32,000 bases of DNA from NCBI RefSeq assembly GCF_000757865.1, contig NZ_CP007754.1:1770001-1802000 (forward strand), given 5' to 3'. This DNA is from Prochlorococcus sp. MIT 0801 (GTDB lineage: Bacteria > Cyanobacteriota > Cyanobacteriia > PCC-6307 > Cyanobiaceae). The notes beneath the pieces were generated by a model. It was not told where the DNA came from. It ran no database searches and saw only the letters and a program-made list of their open reading frames with translations. Position 1 is the first letter of the stretch. Each line of letters starts with the position of its first letter. Positions 10,494 to 20,469 of the stretch are shown one piece after another. The position numbers and the translations under genes were made by a program.

Positions 10494-11393
10494 ATGCAAC
10501 CCAATAAACCTCTTGTCGTAGCTCTTATGGGCCCAACTGCAAGTGGTAAAACTGAACTTGCGATTGATATTGCAAAAAAAATCAATTCTAATATTCATAA
10601 TATTGATTCTCGCCAAATCTATATCGATATGGATATTGGCACCGCAAAGCCAACAGCAGTTCAACAAAGCCAAGTAAACCATTTCCTTATTGATGTTTGC
10701 TTGCCATCTAAACCAATCAATCTTCATGACTTTCAATCCATAGCCCAAACATCCATTGAGAGAGATCTAGAAGAAAAGGGTATAACGTTACTTGTAGGAG
10801 GAAGTGGCTTATATCTTCAAGCCTTAATTGGAGGCCTTAATCCTCCAGCGGTACCTCCTCAAAAATTCTTAAGAGATCAACTTAACAAAATCGATAAAAC
10901 CGAACGACACAAATTATTAAAGTTATGTGACCCTTTTTCAGGGCAGAGAATACATCCAGAAGACTCAATAAGAGTAATTCGTGCTCTTGAAGTTTTTTAT
11001 GCAACAGGAAAAATGTTTTCGAAGGAAAGAAACATGAGGCCTCTACCTTGGAGAGTTTTGGAACTTGGATTAAATCCTGAAAATTTAATCAGTAGAATTC
11101 AACGTAGAACTGAAGAAATGTATAAAAAAGGGTTAATAGAAGAAACAAGAGATTTGATCAATAAATACGGAAATAATTTAGAGTTGCTTAAAACTATTGG
11201 ATATGGTGAAGTAAGGTCTATGATTAATGGAAAGATTAATTATGAGGAGGCTTTAGAAATAACAATAAAACGAACTTGCCAATTAGCCAAAAGACAAAAA
11301 ACTTGGTTTAGAAATAAGCATAATTCTAAATGGCTAAATGATGAAAATGCATTACCCGAAGCTTTAACTTCTATCTATGAGTTTCTAGGTTGA
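10494..11393 (+). CDS. miaA: tRNA dimethylallyltransferase
   Basis: ORF track, 299 aa. Motifs are the P-loop [24 protein letters not shown] and [10 protein letters not shown]. Confidence 0.9.
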   Translation: MQPNKPLVVALMGPTASGKTELAIDIAKKINSNIHNIDSRQIYIDMDIGTAKPTAVQQSQVNHFLIDVCLPSKPINLHDFQSIAQTSIERDLEEKGITLLVGGSGLYLQALIGGLNPPAVPPQKFLRDQLNKIDKTERHKLLKLCDPFSGQRIHPEDSIRVIRALEVFYATGKMFSKERNMRPLPWRVLELGLNPENLISRIQRRTEEMYKKGLIEETRDLINKYGNNLELLKTIGYGEVRSMINGKINYEEALEITIKRTCQLAKRQKTWFRNKHNSKWLNDENALPEALTSIYEFLG

Positions 11394-11453
11394 TTAGATC
11401 ATATATGCTTAGAATTGCTCCAAAAGGTTCTTTCCACGTTAATTAATTACTGA

Positions 11454-12062
11454 ATGCCACCACGTCCCCGTTTTGATCGTCGCGCTCCAGAAAGGGAGTT
11501 GCCCAACATTAATGAAAGAATCAGCTATTCGAACTTGAGGGTTGTTGATTCAGATGGCACTCAACTTGGTGTCATCAGTCGAGATGAAGCTCTAGAGGTC
11601 GCGAAAGAGAGAGAATTAGATCTTGTTTTAGTAAGTGAGAAGGCTACTCCTCCTGTATGCCGAATAATGAATTATGGTAAATTTAAGTTTGAGCAAGAAA
11701 AAAAAGCAAAAGAAGCCAAGAAAAAATCACATCAAACGGAAGTTAAAGAAGTAAAAATGAGGTATAAAATTGACCAGCATGATTATCAAGTCCGTATTAG
11801 TCAGGCCACTAGATTCTTAAAGTCTGGAGATAAAGTAAAATGCACGGTTATATTTAGAGGCCGAGAAATTCAACATACTGCTCTAGCAGAAACACTTTTA
11901 AAAAGAATGGCCAAGGATTTGGAAGAAAAGGCTGAAGTACAACAATCGCCCAAAAGAGAGGGAAGAAATATGATCATGTTTTTGACTCCTCGTAAAACGC
12001 CTCTTCTGAAAAAAGAGACAGAGACAACTGAGCCCAAAAAAGCTATGAGAAAAATTAATTAA
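11454..12062 (+). CDS. infC: translation initiation factor IF-3
   Basis: ORF track, 202 aa. Motifs are [62 protein letters not shown] and IFRGREI. Confidence 0.9.
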   Translation: MPPRPRFDRRAPERELPNINERISYSNLRVVDSDGTQLGVISRDEALEVAKERELDLVLVSEKATPPVCRIMNYGKFKFEQEKKAKEAKKKSHQTEVKEVKMRYKIDQHDYQVRISQATRFLKSGDKVKCTVIFRGREIQHTALAETLLKRMAKDLEEKAEVQQSPKREGRNMIMFLTPRKTPLLKKETETTEPKKAMRKIN

Positions 12063-12072
12063 ATAAACAAAC

Positions 12073-12107
12073 TTGTCAATGGACAAACAATTAATTGTCA
12101 CTTGTCA
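12073..12107. promoter_or_regulatory. operator-like array upstream of the GntR gene: inverted repeat TTGTC-AATG-GACAA, palindrome ACAATTAATTGT, and two further TTGTCA copies
   Basis: Read directly from the sequence. TTGTCA occurs at 12073-12078, 12095-12100 and 12102-12107. GACAA at 12082-12086 pairs with TTGTC at 12073-12077. A 12-bp perfect palindrome lies at 12087-12098. The array sits 47-81 nt upstream of the GTG start at 12154. The GT-Nx-AC inverted-repeat architecture fits the general GntR-family operator pattern. Confidence 0.4.
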
Positions 12108-12153
12108 TTCTATTTATTAGTGTAGCCACATTCACACTTGGCATATATAGCGC

Positions 12154-13143
12154 GTGAGATTCCATATACAACAGGAAAGTGAAATCCCTGCATCAAGTCA
12201 GTTATATAACCAAATTTGCTTTGCCATTGCAGCAAGGCATTATCCTCCTGGACACAGATTGCCTAGTACTAGGCAACTTGCTATGCAAACAGGTTTGCAT
12301 AGAAATACCATCAGTAAAGTTTATCGACAATTAGAAACAGATGGAGTTGTCGAGGCTATCGCAGGCTCAGGTATCTATGCTCGAGATCAACAAAAGCAAA
12401 AAGATTTGAGAACTAACTCTCAATCAATCCGTAAAAAAGGAATAAAAGATATTGACCACGAGGTTCGTCAAAGTATTGATGAACTTTTAAATGCAGGATG
12501 CACTTTGCAGCAAACTAGAGAATTATTTACCCGAGAAATCGATTGGCGTTTGAGATGCGGAGCTCGTTTACTGGTTAGCACACCAAGAGAAGACATTGGA
12601 GCATCTCTGTTGATTGCCGAAGAGTTAGCACCACACCTCGAGGTTCCTGTTGAAGTAGTACCTATGGAAGAGCTGGAGAGTGTATTAGAAAGCTCTAGCA
12701 AAGGTACAGTTGTGACTAGTAGATATTTTTTACAACCTATTGAAGAAGTTGCCAAGCGACATCAAGTAAGAGCAATAGCTGTTGATTTAAGTGATTTCCA
12801 AAAAGAGTTAACTATATTAAAAAAACTACGATCCGGAAGTTGCGTTGGAATTGTAAGCATTAGTCCAGGAATTCTTAGAGCTGCGGAAGTGATTTTACAT
12901 AGCATGCGCGGAAATGAAATTCTTTTAATGACAGCCAATCCAGATGTAGGAAGTCGTCTTATTGCACTTTTAAGAGCAGCAAATCATGTTATTTGCGATA
13001 GTCCAAGCCTTCCTCTTGTTGAGCATACACTCAGACAAAACAGATCACAATTAATGCGTTTGCCTCAAGTGCATTGTGCCCAGAAATATCTGAGTGTTTC
13101 TACTATTGAAGAGCTTCGAAAAGAGATTGGTGTTGTTGATTAA
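12154..13143 (+). CDS. GntR-family transcriptional regulator (probably the cyanobacterial PlmA subfamily)
   Basis: ORF track, 329 aa, GTG start. The N-terminal winged HTH is LPSTRQLAMQTGLHRNTISKVYRQLETDGVVEAIAGSGIYA. The long C-terminal domain is unlike FadR/HutC/MocR as far as I can judge. The PlmA assignment is from memory. Confidence 0.75.
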   Translation: MRFHIQQESEIPASSQLYNQICFAIAARHYPPGHRLPSTRQLAMQTGLHRNTISKVYRQLETDGVVEAIAGSGIYARDQQKQKDLRTNSQSIRKKGIKDIDHEVRQSIDELLNAGCTLQQTRELFTREIDWRLRCGARLLVSTPREDIGASLLIAEELAPHLEVPVEVVPMEELESVLESSSKGTVVTSRYFLQPIEEVAKRHQVRAIAVDLSDFQKELTILKKLRSGSCVGIVSISPGILRAAEVILHSMRGNEILLMTANPDVGSRLIALLRAANHVICDSPSLPLVEHTLRQNRSQLMRLPQVHCAQKYLSVSTIEELRKEIGVVD

Positions 13144-13163
13144 AAGAACTATTTATTAAATCA

Positions 13164-13919
13164 ATGTTTCGATCAATAAGATCCGATTTCTCAATTATTA
13201 AAGAGCGAGATCCAGCCGCAAAAGGATTCCTAGAAATTATTCTTTGTTACCCAGGTTTCCAAGCTTTGATAATCCATAGAATTAGCCATCAATTATGGAA
13301 ATCAAAACTTCCACTTATACCAAGAGTGCTGAGTCATATTTCAAGGATTTTCACAGGTGTAGAGATTCATCCAGGAGCAAAGATTGGGCGTGGAGTATTC
13401 ATTGATCATGGCATGGGAGTTGTTATTGGTGAGACTAGTGAAATAGGTAGTCGCTGTCTTCTTTATCAAGGAGTAACTTTGGGAGGAACTGGTAAAGAAA
13501 GTGGCAAAAGGCATCCAACACTTGAGGATAATGTTGTTATTGGAGCCGGTGCCAAAGTACTTGGAGCTATTCACGTAGGAACTAACACAAGAATTGGAGC
13601 TGGCTCAGTGGTAGTTAAAAACGTAGAAGCCAACAGTACTGTTGTTGGAATACCTGGCAGAATTGTTCATCAAAGCGGTGTAAAGATCAACCCTCTTGCG
13701 CACTCTGCTTTGCCTGACACTGAAGCAAATGTAATAAGAAATTTAATGGAGAGAATTGATCAATTAGAAGCTGAAATTCTTTCGCTCAGAAATTCAGCAA
13801 AAAATAAGCTAAAAAATTCTGAACTTATAAATAGTGAAATAAGACCTTCTCAGAGTTTAAAAGATAAAGAAATAATAGAGTTCCTAGGAGAGGAAAACAA
13901 TATTGAAGAACTAAACTAA
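13164..13919 (+). CDS. cysE: serine O-acetyltransferase
   Basis: ORF track, 251 aa. The hexapeptide-repeat core is GAKIGRGVFIDHGMGVVIGETSEIG, LYQGVTLGGTG and RHPTLEDNVVIGAGAKVLG. Confidence 0.9.
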   Translation: MFRSIRSDFSIIKERDPAAKGFLEIILCYPGFQALIIHRISHQLWKSKLPLIPRVLSHISRIFTGVEIHPGAKIGRGVFIDHGMGVVIGETSEIGSRCLLYQGVTLGGTGKESGKRHPTLEDNVVIGAGAKVLGAIHVGTNTRIGAGSVVVKNVEANSTVVGIPGRIVHQSGVKINPLAHSALPDTEANVIRNLMERIDQLEAEILSLRNSAKNKLKNSELINSEIRPSQSLKDKEIIEFLGEENNIEELN

Positions 13920-14708
13920 AAAGGGTAACTCCCTAGTACTTTTTTGCAATAAGAAAAAAGAAATCAGAATACCAACTATATTCACTAATAAAGTGATAAA
14001 AACAAGCTTATAATCAACATTACCTTGAATTAGCGACACCCTAAGTGGTTCGAGAATTTTGTATATCAAATTATAATTAGTTATCCATTCCAAACCTCCG
14101 AGATTTTCCTTTCTATATAATATGGGTGAGGTTAGAAAAACTAATTGCAATATAATTGGTACTAATTGTGCAAAGTCTGTATATCTGACACCAACTAAAC
14201 AAATAATAAGAGGAAACCAATATAAAAACATTAAAAGATTAATAAATGGAAGCCAAGAAAACAAAATAATATTAAATATAAGAGATTTTTTAATAAATAA
14301 AAGAATAAAGAATACAAGTGAAAAAGACTGGAAAAAGGTTTGAATTTGGAATGCCCATTCTTCTAGTGTATAGAACAGTGGATTAATATTTATGTTCTTT
14401 ATATTCTGAGAGTTATGAGCAAATAAATCAGGCGCAGAAGATATTGAAGAAGAAATAGTATTCCAAATAACTAAACCAATTCCCAAGTATACAAAATATT
14501 CTTTAAAGTCATTAACTGAAAAAACCGTTCCATAAACTATACCCAGTGTTGATATTGACAATAAATTAGAAAAACCTAACCAAAAGCTTCCAAGATTGGT
14601 TTTTGCAAATCTTGCTCGTGTCCTTGATGTAGCTGTATACAACCAAAATCTTCGAGAATTCCAGGCAAATTTTAAATTATCAAGAAGCATAATTATTATT
14701 ATAATCAT
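13911..14708 (-). CDS. ABC-2 type polysaccharide/glycan export permease (Wzm/KpsM/TagG-like)
   Basis: ORF track, 265 aa. It has the N-terminal basic motif RTRARFAKTNLGSFW followed by about 6 hydrophobic segments, typical of ABC-2 permeases. It is translationally overlapped with the upstream ATPase gene. The start is probably the ATG at 14690 (MLLDNLKFAW) rather than 14708. Confidence 0.7.
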   Translation of the reverse strand: MIIIIIMLLDNLKFAWNSRRFWLYTATSRTRARFAKTNLGSFWLGFSNLLSISTLGIVYGTVFSVNDFKEYFVYLGIGLVIWNTISSSISSAPDLFAHNSQNIKNININPLFYTLEEWAFQIQTFFQSFSLVFFILLFIKKSLIFNIILFSWLPFINLLMFLYWFPLIICLVGVRYTDFAQLVPIILQLVFLTSPILYRKENLGGLEWITNYNLIYKILEPLRVSLIQGNVDYKLVFITLLVNIVGILISFFLLQKSTRELPFLV

Positions 14709-16053
14709 GAGTATGATAATAATTTAAGGCGGCATCTAGCTGACCATCATAAACAACAGATCCATGGTTAAAAACTATACCTCTAAAGCAAAATTGTTTC
14801 AAAAGTTGTTCAGAGTGACTTGCTAAAATCAATGTGGTTGCGGAATCCATAAAAGATTGCATTCTCTCCTGAGCTCTTTCAAAGAAATCTGCATCACCAG
14901 TTCCAAAACCTTCATCAATCGCTAAACATTCATGTGGGTATGAAGTCAACATAGAAAAAATCAAACGTGCACACATTCCCTCGCTATATGTTTTGATAGG
15001 TAAATTTATAAATGAACCTAAACCAGAAAAAGTCACAATATCTTCTAAAAAAATATCAAAACCTTTCAAGTTATTATTTATCATTAAATAATAGGCTTTG
15101 GAAGCATCCAATCCACTTAGTTCATTACTTGTCAAAAAAGTTTTTTGGAGCATAGGATAAACCTCTATTTTTTTTATAAATTGACCAGAGTTAGGTGTAT
15201 AAATACCAGATATTAACCTCAGAAAACTACTTTTTCCCGAACCATTATGACCAATCAATGCAACTCGTTCACCATTCATAATAGTTAGATTTATATTTTT
15301 TAAAGCTTCAATATTAGTTCTCTTATCCTTATATACTAATTCTCCACCTATGACACTATTAAACATTTTTTCTGTTAATATTTTTGTAAACTTTCTATTT
15401 TCTGCGCAATAAATTGGTATTTTTAAACTTACATCTTTCAACTGTATTACAGGATCCTTAAGTATTTCGATAGAGTCTAAGGTAATTGATTTCAAGGTAT
15501 CCATAACATGATCTATTGAGGCTATCTTTTCATGATTAAATTGACGAAGAAATACAAATCCTGCATTTAAAGCTTTACCTGTTTTCCATGGATCAAGAGA
15601 TTCAGGCTGATATAAATTAATCCAACTTATGCTAGAACTTACTTTTTTTGTGAATAACTCTGCTGCATTAACCTTGCTCTCCAAAGTTATATAATCTTTT
15701 CTTAATTGATCATTGTTTTTAATATTCCTATCACAAGAAATCAATTCACATACAAAGTCACTAATAATACTTTTACCCTGATCAATTGAAGAATGCCAAT
15801 TATTAATACAATCAAAATCAACTTTCCTACCAAATAAATTCATATGAATATAATTAATCTGGGATTCAATTGATCTATCAGAAAGTATCGATTCCGTATA
15901 TTCATCTTGTGTAGAAATTATCTCTGAAATATCATTAATCGTAGTACCTGGAGGAGAATTGATTAACCAATAATTGATACCAGAAGGATCAGCAGGTCTT
16001 CCAAAATAAGCTATATATAGTTTTTGTATGTGACTAGATTTAACATTCATCAC
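14680..16053 (-). CDS. ABC-2 system ATP-binding protein (Wzt/KpsT/TagH-like) with an N-terminal extension of about 200 aa carrying two DUF4214-like repeats
   Basis: ORF track, 457 aa. The NBD has Walker A GHNGSGKSS, the signature YSEGMCARL (YSxGM type as in Wzt/KpsT), Walker B CLAIDEG, and H-loop ASHS. The N-terminus has IQKLYIAYFGRPADPSGINYW and INYIHMNLFGRKVDFDCINNW. The start is GTG 16053 or ATG 16050. Confidence 0.8.
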   Translation of the reverse strand: MMNVKSSHIQKLYIAYFGRPADPSGINYWLINSPPGTTINDISEIISTQDEYTESILSDRSIESQINYIHMNLFGRKVDFDCINNWHSSIDQGKSIISDFVCELISCDRNIKNNDQLRKDYITLESKVNAAELFTKKVSSSISWINLYQPESLDPWKTGKALNAGFVFLRQFNHEKIASIDHVMDTLKSITLDSIEILKDPVIQLKDVSLKIPIYCAENRKFTKILTEKMFNSVIGGELVYKDKRTNIEALKNINLTIMNGERVALIGHNGSGKSSFLRLISGIYTPNSGQFIKKIEVYPMLQKTFLTSNELSGLDASKAYYLMINNNLKGFDIFLEDIVTFSGLGSFINLPIKTYSEGMCARLIFSMLTSYPHECLAIDEGFGTGDADFFERAQERMQSFMDSATTLILASHSEQLLKQFCFRGIVFNHGSVVYDGQLDAALNYYHTHDYNNNYAS

Positions 16054-16065
16054 CTATTATTCGAA

Positions 16066-18909
16066 TTAGGAAGTTTGTTTTGTCTTTTGAGCTGGCTCAA
16101 ACATAAACATAGAATAAATCACATTCCTTCTCATATTAATCATCATCTCCAAAAACATATCATATCCCTCATTTTTATATTCAATTAATGGATCTTTTTG
16201 GCCATAACCTCTTAATCCAACTGACTCGCGTAATGAATCCATGGATTGGAGATGTTCTCTCCATAAAGTATCTAATTGTTGAAGTATAAAAAATCTTTCA
16301 GCTTGTCGCATTATTCCTGGATGCGTAGATTCAACCATTTGCTCTTTCAAATCGTACGCATTTCTCATTTGTTCTTTTAAAAATTCCTTTAATTGATCAA
16401 TATTTAATCCGGTTAATTCTATGGGTTTTAAATCTTTCAATAAGTAAATAAACTCCTTTACTTTTGACAATAATTTTTCAAGATCCCATTCCTCAGGAGG
16501 AAGATCTTCGTTCACATAAGCTTCAACAATTTCTTCCATCGTTCTTTGTCCATAGCTAATAACTTGCTCTTTTAATTCATTACCTTTGAGAACTCTCCTA
16601 CGTTCAGAATAAACTGCTCTCCTTTGATTATTCATCACTTCATCGTATTCAAATATTTGCTTTCTAATGTCATAATAATATGTTTCTACCTTTTTCTGAG
16701 CTCCTTCAAGTGAACGAGTAAGCATCCCAGATTCTATTGGCATATCTTCTTCAACTCTAAAAGCATTCATTAATCCAGCGACACGATCACCTCCAAAGAT
16801 TCTTAACAAATTATCCTCAAGAGATAAAAAGAATCTTGTACTTCCCAAATCACCCTGTCTTCCCGAGCGTCCTCTTAACTGATTATCAACTCGTCTAGAT
16901 TCATGCCTCTCAGTACCAATAACATGTAGCCCCCCTGCTTCCCTGACAGCTTTTTCCTCATTTTTTATCACTGATTCGTACTCTTCCTTAATTAACTTAA
17001 TTGCTGAACGTAAAGAGGAAATTTCATCATCATCTGTCGGAGTATTTTCAGCCGCAGTAGCAATTCGATCCTCAAGTTCTATTAAGCTAAGACTCCTATC
17101 CCCCCAAGATGCGACCAAGTTAGAAGCAAGTTTTGCGAGAACTCGATCTGTTTCTTCCGTTAATGTAACCGGAAATAATTTTTTCAATGAAGATGATTGC
17201 TTGACCTTGAAAGAATTTGACTCAATCTCTTTACTTGTGGACTTAAAACCTTGAGTATCATTTTTCCTCTGAGATGGAATAGGAGGTTTATGATCTTCTT
17301 CGGGTTTGACCAATCTAGAGCTCAAAATTTCTTTTATTTTTAATCGAGCCATGTAATCGCTATTACCTCCTAAAATTATGTCAGTTCCACGACCAGCCAT
17401 ATTCGTAGCAATAGTCACGGCACCAGATCGACCAGCTTGGGCAACTATTTCAGCTTCCCTTTCTACATTTTCAGGCTTAGCGTTAAGCAAGTTATGAGGG
17501 ATCTCTTCTTCTGCAAGCAATGAACTTAAAAGTTCACTTTTTTCAACACTAGTTGTACCAACAAGTACAGGCCTACCTTTTTTATAAATAGCTGCTGTTT
17601 CTTTCGCTACTGCTCTCCATTTTGCCGCCTCTGTTTTAAAAACTTGATCACTCCAATCCTCTCTTGAAATTTTTCTATTTGTAGGAATAACTGATGTCTG
17701 CAATTTATAAGTTTTTTCAAATTCAACTTCTTCTGTTTTAGCAGTACCTGTCATTCCAGAAAGACGAGGATAAAGTAAAAAGAAATTTTGATATGTTATG
17801 GAAGCAAGAGTTTGAGTTTCAGGCTGAATCGGAAGATTTTCTTTAGCCTCAATAGCTTGATGCTGTCCATCGCTCCAACGCCTGCCAGGCATAACCCTTC
17901 CGGTAAATTCATCAACAATTACAGCCTCATCATTTCTAACTATGTAGTTAACATCTTTAGTAAAAAGTTCTTTTGCTTTTAGTGCATTAGTAACATAATG
18001 AGCCCATGGATCTTTAGGATTAAATAAATCTTCGACCTTTAATAATTTCTCAGTCTTTGCAAAACCTTCGTCAGTTAATATGCAACTTCTTTGCTTTTCA
18101 TCTACTTCATAATCGCCTTCAGGATCAACACCATCCTTACTCATATCAGCTGCTCTGAGCAATTGATTAACAACTTCAGCCGCTTTTTGATATTTTTCTT
18201 GTGGTCGCTCAACTTGACCAGATATTATCAAAGGAGTTCTAGCCTCATCAATCAATATTGAATCGACTTCATCGATAACACAAAAATTAAAATCCTTTTG
18301 CACTATTTCTGCTTGATCAGCAGCCATATTATCTCTTAAATAATCAAATCCAAGTTCAGAATTTGTAGCATAAGTAATGTCGCAAGCATAATTTTTTTTT
18401 CTTTCAATTGGATTCATATTTTGCTGAATAAGTCCAACACTTAATCCAAGGAAACGATGCACCTGACCCATCCACTCCGCATCACGACGAGCTAAATAAT
18501 CATTAACAGTTACAACATGCACGCCTCTTCCAGTAAGAGCATTCAAAAAGCTTGGCAAAGTTGAAACTAATGTTTTCCCTTCACCTGTTTTCATTTCTGC
18601 TATCTGACCTTCATGCAGAACCATGCCCCCCAATAATTGAACATCAAAATGACGCATCCCTAAGACTCTTTTAGAAGCCTCTCTAACTAAGGCAAAGCAT
18701 TGAGGTAATAGTTCATCTAATAAAACCAATTGATTTTTAGTATCCGACGCATTAGCTAATTTCTGACGAAACTCATTGACATTTCTTCTAAGTTCATCAT
18801 CTGTAAGAGGAGAAAAATCTTCTTCAAGTAAATTGATATCGCTGATTAACGGGGCATAACTGCGCAACTTGCGAGCATTAGGATCACCAAAGAGATTCTT
18901 AAGCATCAA
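16066..18909 (-). CDS. secA: preprotein translocase ATPase SecA
   Basis: ORF track, 947 aa. Motifs are [36 protein letters not shown] and [29 protein letters not shown]. Confidence 0.95.
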   Translation of the reverse strand: MMLKNLFGDPNARKLRSYAPLISDINLLEEDFSPLTDDELRRNVNEFRQKLANASDTKNQLVLLDELLPQCFALVREASKRVLGMRHFDVQLLGGMVLHEGQIAEMKTGEGKTLVSTLPSFLNALTGRGVHVVTVNDYLARRDAEWMGQVHRFLGLSVGLIQQNMNPIERKKNYACDITYATNSELGFDYLRDNMAADQAEIVQKDFNFCVIDEVDSILIDEARTPLIISGQVERPQEKYQKAAEVVNQLLRAADMSKDGVDPEGDYEVDEKQRSCILTDEGFAKTEKLLKVEDLFNPKDPWAHYVTNALKAKELFTKDVNYIVRNDEAVIVDEFTGRVMPGRRWSDGQHQAIEAKENLPIQPETQTLASITYQNFFLLYPRLSGMTGTAKTEEVEFEKTYKLQTSVIPTNRKISREDWSDQVFKTEAAKWRAVAKETAAIYKKGRPVLVGTTSVEKSELLSSLLAEEEIPHNLLNAKPENVEREAEIVAQAGRSGAVTIATNMAGRGTDIILGGNSDYMARLKIKEILSSRLVKPEEDHKPPIPSQRKNDTQGFKSTSKEIESNSFKVKQSSSLKKLFPVTLTEETDRVLAKLASNLVASWGDRSLSLIELEDRIATAAENTPTDDDEISSLRSAIKLIKEEYESVIKNEEKAVREAGGLHVIGTERHESRRVDNQLRGRSGRQGDLGSTRFFLSLEDNLLRIFGGDRVAGLMNAFRVEEDMPIESGMLTRSLEGAQKKVETYYYDIRKQIFEYDEVMNNQRRAVYSERRRVLKGNELKEQVISYGQRTMEEIVEAYVNEDLPPEEWDLEKLLSKVKEFIYLLKDLKPIELTGLNIDQLKEFLKEQMRNAYDLKEQMVESTHPGIMRQAERFFILQQLDTLWREHLQSMDSLRESVGLRGYGQKDPLIEYKNEGYDMFLEMMINMRRNVIYSMFMFEPAQKTKQTS

Positions 18910-19106
18910 CTATTTTGTTATTGATTTTATTTTTCATTTTACGATACTGAAAATAACTTGAAGATGCATTACAAAATAATACTTCTGAATTATTGACCCT
19001 CAACTACGTTATTTCACTTTCTGGAACAAAGATCCTTTTACAATCAATTAGATTAAAAATTCAATAAGTTGATGGGGTACAATAATCTTTTGTAAGTTGA
19101 ACAAGA

Positions 19107-20162
19107 GTGGCAGGTCAACAGAAAACTGCTCTTATAACAGGGATTACAGGTCAAGATGGAAGCTATCTTGCCGAACTATTACTCGAAAAAGGCTACAAAG
19201 TTCATGGGATCAAAAGACGAACGAGTACAAGTAATACAACTAGAATAGACCATATTTTAAAAGAGAAAAATGGGCACGATTTAGTTAATCTTCACTATGG
19301 AGATCTAACTCATAGTACAAACATTATAAGAATAATTAATGAAATTGAACCTGATGAAATATATAACTTAGGAGCACAAAGTCATGTAGCAGTAAGCTTC
19401 GAATCTCCAGAATATACAGCTCAAACTGATGCATTAGGACCATTGAGGATACTCGAAGCTGTACGAATTTTAAATTTACAGAAAAAAACAAAAATTTATC
19501 AAGCTAGTACTTCTGAACTTTTTGGTAAGGCATGTCAAATTCCACAATCAGAAAACACTCCTTTTTATCCAAGAAGTCCATATGGCGTAGCTAAACTTTA
19601 CGCCTATTGGATAACAATTAACTACAGAGAATCATACGGAATGTTTGCATGCAATGGCATCCTTTTTAATCACGAATCTCCCAGAAGAGGTGAAACTTTT
19701 GTAACCAGGAAAATCACCAAAGGTTTGGCAAGAATTGAGTTAGGTTTGCAAGATTTACTTCACATGGGGAACCTTAACTCACTTCGAGATTGGGGTCATG
19801 CTCGTGATTATGTTGAAATGCAATGGAGAATGCTCCAACAAGATAAAGCAGAAGATTATGTAATTGCTACTGGAATTCAAGCTTCAGTAAGAGAGTTCAT
19901 TGAATTATCTGCAATCAAATTAGGCTGGGGAGGTATTGAATGGACAGGGTCAGGAATAGAAGAAATTGGGATTAGAAAAGATACGGGGAAAAAAGTTATT
20001 AAAATCAGTCCAAAATATTTCCGTCCAGCTGAGGTCGAAACACTTTTAGGTGATCCAAGTAAGGCACATGCTCAACTTGGATGGCAACCAACAACTACGC
20101 TTGATTCATTAGTTGAAGAAATGATTGATTTTGACTTAAAACAAGAAAGGATCAACACATAA
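19107..20162 (+). CDS. gmd: GDP-mannose 4,6-dehydratase
   Basis: ORF track, 351 aa, GTG start. Motifs are [43 protein letters not shown] (Y-x3-K) and FNHESPRRG. Confidence 0.9.
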   Translation: MAGQQKTALITGITGQDGSYLAELLLEKGYKVHGIKRRTSTSNTTRIDHILKEKNGHDLVNLHYGDLTHSTNIIRIINEIEPDEIYNLGAQSHVAVSFESPEYTAQTDALGPLRILEAVRILNLQKKTKIYQASTSELFGKACQIPQSENTPFYPRSPYGVAKLYAYWITINYRESYGMFACNGILFNHESPRRGETFVTRKITKGLARIELGLQDLLHMGNLNSLRDWGHARDYVEMQWRMLQQDKAEDYVIATGIQASVREFIELSAIKLGWGGIEWTGSGIEEIGIRKDTGKKVIKISPKYFRPAEVETLLGDPSKAHAQLGWQPTTTLDSLVEEMIDFDLKQERINT

Positions 20163-20266
20163 AGTTTTAAAATTGAAAATCTTAATTAAAAGCAAAAATT
20201 TTTTGGGCGGGTAACCCCACTAGCAACATACATTTACCTGGATTATTATCCGAAAAAATTTTTACA

Positions 20267-20458
20267 ATGGCTAAAGTAACAATTGATGGCAAAGAATACA
20301 ATACTGACGAGCTCAGTGATACAGTTAATTCTCAGCTTTTAAGTTTACAGTTTGCCCAAAATGAACTTAAAAGATTAGATGCTCAAATTGCTGTTTTCAA
20401 AACTGCCGTATCAGCTTATTCTCAAGCTCTTAAAGATGAATTATCAAAACAAAGTTAA
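20267..20458 (+). CDS. 63-aa acidic, predicted coiled-coil protein of unknown function (first gene of the secretion-like module)
   Basis: ORF track: MAKVTIDGKEYNTDELSDTVNSQLLSLQFAQNELKRLDAQIAVFKTAVSAYSQALKDELSKQS. It has an ATG start and lies 11 nt upstream of the next gene on the same strand. It has no signal peptide, no Gly-Gly leader and no Cys. Coding status is inferred from operon position and a clean heptad-like sequence. Confidence 0.55.
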   Translation: MAKVTIDGKEYNTDELSDTVNSQLLSLQFAQNELKRLDAQIAVFKTAVSAYSQALKDELSKQS

Positions 20459-20469
20459 CAGCAATTTAA

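Noticed and set aside
20204-20219. The only GC-rich patch (TGGGCGGGTAACCCCA) in the gmd / 63-aa gene spacer, considered as a possible gmd terminator or RNA element.
   Set aside because: At best it forms a 4-bp stem with an 8-nt loop (TGGG/CCCA). The T-run precedes rather than follows it. Without conservation data it cannot be supported.
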